Source: an uncultured Poribacteria bacterium
GTDB lineage: Bacteria > Poribacteria > WGA-4E > WGA-3G
Assembly (NCBI GenBank): GCA_951813565.1
Contig: OX638351.1
Coordinates: forward strand, 3,808,001-3,872,000
Direction: 5' to 3'
DNA length: 64,000 nucleotides
Shown here: positions 59,796-64,000 of the stretch, piece after piece
How positions within the stretch are numbered: position 1 is the first letter of the stretch
How the letters are laid out: every line of letters begins with the position of its first letter
Made by a program: the position numbers and the translations under genes
The notes under the pieces: generated by a model
The model's database searches: none
Seen by the model: only the letters and a program-made list of their open reading frames with translations
Told to the model about the DNA's origin: nothing

Positions 59796-61436
59796 TTATT
59801 TCTCGTGTAATGCTTTATTTTCTAAAACAATCCCCACCTCTGCAACCACTCCATCCTCACCAGTGTGGACATCAGCCGTAATCGGACCGAGGGACTCCAA
59901 CGGAAATAGGTTATTTTTGATATGCTGCATTAAAACGGCATCCAATTTTTGTCCCGAAAGAGAAGCAAGCAATGTTGCTAACGGTATAAGACGTTTTATT
60001 TCCGGCACGAGCAGATTTGGTTGAATGAATGTCTGCGTACCTTTGCCAGCAAAGGTTACGTCACTTAATGTTGGCGTGTCATCTGAATACGTATCAAGCA
60101 CAGATTTTAAACCTGATAGAGTCGTGCTAAAGAAAAAATCGTTATTCACAACAGCATGCGCGCCGGTAAATGCCAATAAAATGTTGAGACGTAACCGAAC
60201 TGGTTGCACAGTTATTCCATTATAGTCTTGCGTTTCAAGGAATTCAAATGGTGTGTCAGCCACGGAAATTTTCGTGCTTTTCAACTTTGCGATATTTTCA
60301 GCAAATGCAAGCTTGTTTTGTATTGGGGCCTGCAAAACTAATGAGGGAAATTTTGATACCTCTCCTTCGTTGTGCGTAATCAATGCGATGGTCATTTCCT
60401 GTTTTAAATGTTGAGACAAATTGAATGTAGCTGAATCAATTTCAATCGCCAAGTTTTCTTTTAACATTTTCCACGTTTTAGCCCAATCGTGGTGTGGGTT
60501 GAATGTAGCTAACGCTGTTTGCTCGGGAAGAAATGAAGGTTTGCGTTGTGCTCCTGATTGAGATGAAACAGGTTTATTGGGATTTCCAAAACGATACCTT
60601 GAAATAATTGCACCGTCTTCATACCGATTGCCTAAGGTACAATATTCTGCTTTTCCAGACCATGCAGATAACAGTTCAACAAGGGAATTCTCTTCTAATC
60701 CTTTCAATACAGATGTGAGACGTGGCACATCTAAATATCCCGTATTTGTATCGTTGTCGTAACTCTTTTGTATATTCTCCTTTATGGGATGTCGGACAAG
60801 GAAACCGTCCTTTTTTTTAGCATAGATGTCAATTACTTCAGCTAAAAGCAACGGATTCAGACTTAAAACACCTATTTTTCCGATGAACGTATAACTAAAA
60901 TCAAGCGGATATCCGGTAATGGTATTGATGGTTAGTCCGTTGTATTCGGTCTGGATTCGTTTGTATTTGGGGTTAATTGCATCAGTAGCGGTAATTGCCT
61001 CAATGGCAAGTTTTTCTGGCCCGCCCACTTCTGTGATTAGTAGGAACGAGAGTTCGCCTTCACGTTGGTAAAGTGCAAGAATCGCTTCTGTGCCGAAATG
61101 TCCTTTGACCGCTCCCATGTCAAGTCTGCCGCCCATTTCGGATTCCCACACCCACTTTTGATATACGAGTTGTCTCCACCAGAGTTGCTTTTTGATGTGG
61201 CTGAGGATCGGCATTTGCGCAGCTTGTTTTCCCAGTTCGCTGCGGTTAAACGTCTTAACAAGTCCTTCTAATTCCTTAAGTGTTAGGTAACAAATTGGGG
61301 ATTCAGGGAGTAGCGTGATAAGACTCTGTTCAGGTTTCCAAAGAGAGGTTTGTCGGTAAATAAGCGTGGACAATACAATGATACCTATTAGGATGATTAG
61401 AATTATGAAGATGAGTTTTTTTCTTGAAATTCGCAT
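59796..61436 (-). CDS. Hypothetical membrane-anchored protein
   Basis: 546-aa ORF with N-terminal TM anchor. Confidence 0.8.
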   Translation of the reverse strand: MRISRKKLIFIILIILIGIIVLSTLIYRQTSLWKPEQSLITLLPESPICYLTLKELEGLVKTFNRSELGKQAAQMPILSHIKKQLWWRQLVYQKWVWESEMGGRLDMGAVKGHFGTEAILALYQREGELSFLLITEVGGPEKLAIEAITATDAINPKYKRIQTEYNGLTINTITGYPLDFSYTFIGKIGVLSLNPLLLAEVIDIYAKKKDGFLVRHPIKENIQKSYDNDTNTGYLDVPRLTSVLKGLEENSLVELLSAWSGKAEYCTLGNRYEDGAIISRYRFGNPNKPVSSQSGAQRKPSFLPEQTALATFNPHHDWAKTWKMLKENLAIEIDSATFNLSQHLKQEMTIALITHNEGEVSKFPSLVLQAPIQNKLAFAENIAKLKSTKISVADTPFEFLETQDYNGITVQPVRLRLNILLAFTGAHAVVNNDFFFSTTLSGLKSVLDTYSDDTPTLSDVTFAGKGTQTFIQPNLLVPEIKRLIPLATLLASLSGQKLDAVLMQHIKNNLFPLESLGPITADVHTGEDGVVAEVGIVLENKALHEK

Positions 61437-62167
61437 GACGGTTGAAACCGCTCTTATACTTCAAGTTTATTATTATTGATTATAGCACACCACGTGCGTA
61501 GTAGACAATTCAAAAAAGAGTGTAAAAATTTTGGCGAAAGTTTACCCGCCGATTTTTTGGTCTGAATTACCGTTGGCACTTCAAGCATTTGGAGGCACGC
61601 AATTCATTGCGCCTCTTATTTCTTCTAAGTTGTGGTAAACGCATGGCACCAAATACTTCGCTTTTATGCCTAATTTGTCAAAAACTTGACATATCCAAAT
61701 TTTTCGTGTGTAATTGCTGTCAAAAGTGCTAAAGTTAATATTTTTGCAATTTTCTTATAAAAAATTGACATCGTTCGCAAATCATGATATACCACATATC
61801 AGATGGATTTATTTTTTTATTATGGGAATGAAAATGAGAAGCAGGTTGTTATTAAAAAATAGACGTACAAGGTGTTTATCATCTAAGCAGATTATCACAC
61901 TACTACACATAAACATGTTTTTTCATTCGTTGTGCCCCCCCGAAAATCCGCTAACTTTTTCATATTACAAATCTATATTTGGAGTCTTCACCATCGCGCT
62001 GCCTTTTTGCGTGCGCTTCGTTTGGGCTCTTTTTTGTTGCAGGTGGGGTTTTGTATCCAGAAACACAAGCCATAGAAAAACTGTTTATCTTAAATCAAAG
62101 GCGTGTTAACATGTGGCTTATACATTAGCGTTCTAACCTGAGGAATCTTAAACAAGGAGATAACAAA

Positions 62168-63624
62168 ATGAAACACAATATATTTTCTAACAAACTTTTT
62201 ATTGGTGGACTAATAATAGGGGGTTGATTCTTACACTTGGTGTTTTCCTTATTCTCAATGCGATTATAACCCCTAATTTTAATAAAAGCAAGTTCCGAGA
62301 AGATACTGCCGTGATATCAACAAAAGGGAATAAGGCTATATATAACCCCCTAAAGAACAAGACTGCAACTAAAACCGAAAAGAATTCTACCAAACCTGAT
62401 GCTGCTGGGACCTACTTTGAAGGTACTGCAATTCCTAAATTAACAGAACAGGAATTGTGGGTTGCAATGATGACATGGCATAAAGGCCCGCAAACCGTTC
62501 AGGCACTCATGGAATCTTATCATGTAGCGTATCTTCAGCTTAAAATGCATAGAGAAATAGACAAGGTAGTCCCCCCTGAACAGTGGCTGCAAAGTTTGCT
62601 TGATAAAGGATACACTATCCTCAATTATGTTGAATATGTTCAGTATATGGATGCCCGAGTAATAACGGATAGCCTTGATAATCCCAGAGTGCGAGAGATG
62701 GAGGCGGAGGCTTTAGGAATTCCTGAATCGGATATAGAAAAACTCAAAGAAAGATATCTTGCGGAACACCTTTTTTCTCTAAAGCGCAAACACGCTTTTG
62801 AGCGCACAACGGATGAACCTATTTCGGGAGGAGTTTATATTGGAGACAAGATTCTTCCTTTTTTTCAGAACCGAGATATTGTCTACGTGCAACGTGATGT
62901 AGATAAGCTTTCTGCACAGTACCACGGTGCAATTCTTAACCACGAACAACGATTTAACCTTATCTTCAGAGGTGTTGAGCCAGAAGGAATTGAGGTCATC
63001 TACATTGATAAAATGGGCAATCAACTTGCTGAGGAACCCGCACCTGTAAGCCGCGAAGCGGTCCGAAAAATGATGGCAGAAGGTGAAGCACCACCTCCTG
63101 AAGAATGGTGGGATCCAAACGCACCCATACCAGACTCTGAGGACTTTAAAGAGTTCCTACCACCAGAAAATACAGATACTGAATTGGATTCCCGAAAACA
63201 ACGCACAAGAGAAGAATTCGAACGCACAAGAGAAGAATTCGAACGGCACGCAAAAGAAGTTGCACGACAACCCGAATTTGAACAGTTCATGCGGGAAGTC
63301 CGACAACTTGAGAAATTTGCAACTATGTCCGATGCAGAAATTGCTGCCGAACTTGAAAAACAGCTGCGTCAACAATTACTACCCGGACTTCCAACTGAGG
63401 AAAGTCTTGAAGACGCACTCCATGAAAAAGTCACCCCAAAACCGCTAACTCCAGAGCGGTTCAACAAGGCAAAGCAAATTTTGCAGAACCACGGACCAAA
63501 AGAGGGATTGCGTAGACTCGCAAAGGCTGATCCGGAACTCGCTGAGTATTTCCGTAGAAATCCGCAAAAGGTGCCGCCAAAACGCTCACAACCTTCAAAC
63601 ACTAATGACTCACAGAAGGAATAA
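62168..63624 (+). CDS. Hypothetical membrane-anchored protein; 5' end frameshifted at a G5 run
   Basis: AAGGAGA RBS + ATG 62168 is out of frame with the 466-aa ORF from 62224; 21-bp tandem duplication (RTREEFE x2) near 63202. Confidence 0.7.
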
Positions 63625-63628
63625 CTTT

Positions 63629-63925
63629 ATGAAAAACATGTCCATCCTATACGGTATCGCCATCATTGCAGTTGTAGGAATCCTTGTATACTGTGTCAGT
63701 TACACAAGCGGTACAGCATCGACGGACACGCCCCAACAATTAGTAAACACGGCGAAACAAAAACAAGCGTTAAAGAAGAAATCCTGTGCGTGTTGTGATG
63801 AGAAAGGGAAGCGCGTAAAAAAAATGATGCGTGAATGGCTCAACGAAAACCCACAGGAGAATTCTTCAAACAAAGCGGTTTCTGCGACTGTAGCAGAAAA
63901 CGAACGAGCACAAATCGTTCGGTAA
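63629..63925 (+). CDS. Small secreted/membrane protein with CxCC motif
   Basis: AAGGA RBS, hydrophobic N terminus, KKKSCACC. Confidence 0.7.
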   Translation: MKNMSILYGIAIIAVVGILVYCVSYTSGTASTDTPQQLVNTAKQKQALKKKSCACCDEKGKRVKKMMREWLNENPQENSSNKAVSATVAENERAQIVR

Positions 63926-64000
63926 ATGTAAGAGAACAGTTCTCTCTCAAATCGAATCTGATCCAATTGTATTATAGGGTAAACTGTTGTAAAATTTATG

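Noticed and set aside
61714..62109. 131-aa ORF in intergenic region
   Set aside because: No RBS or motifs; overlaps promoter-like TTGACA sites and is more likely leader sequence

Overview
A 64-kb bacterial chromosomal window. Gene content (PhyH dioxygenases, Gfo/Idh/MocA oxidoreductases, DUF1501, ECF-sigma fusions, TPR-protease, WD40, dense intergenic repeats) resembles Candidatus Poribacteria; this is inference only. Housekeeping genes: rsmD, tatD, era, double-length uvrA, coaE, modABC, cysteine synthase, infA. The most striking feature is a single uninterrupted ~1430-aa ORF (10111-14403) fusing an ECF sigma factor, an FtsZ GTPase core and the PHP/polymerase core of DnaE. It has a strong internal ribosome-binding site at the sigma/FtsZ junction and its own terminator. 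Also present: a second ECF fusion (to a beta-propeller), an intact IS1595-family element with an 8-bp target duplication, and a DDE transposase interrupted by a triple MITE array. Intergenic space carries nested REP/MITE repeats, including a 33-nt covarying hairpin and an element that duplicates REP loops. Smaller observations: a promoter-proximal pseudoknot candidate, an ATPase+nuclease pair, a PIN toxin lacking a canonical start, an N-terminally extended IF-1, and several single-lesion pseudogenes. No rRNA, tRNA or CRISPR array was seen.
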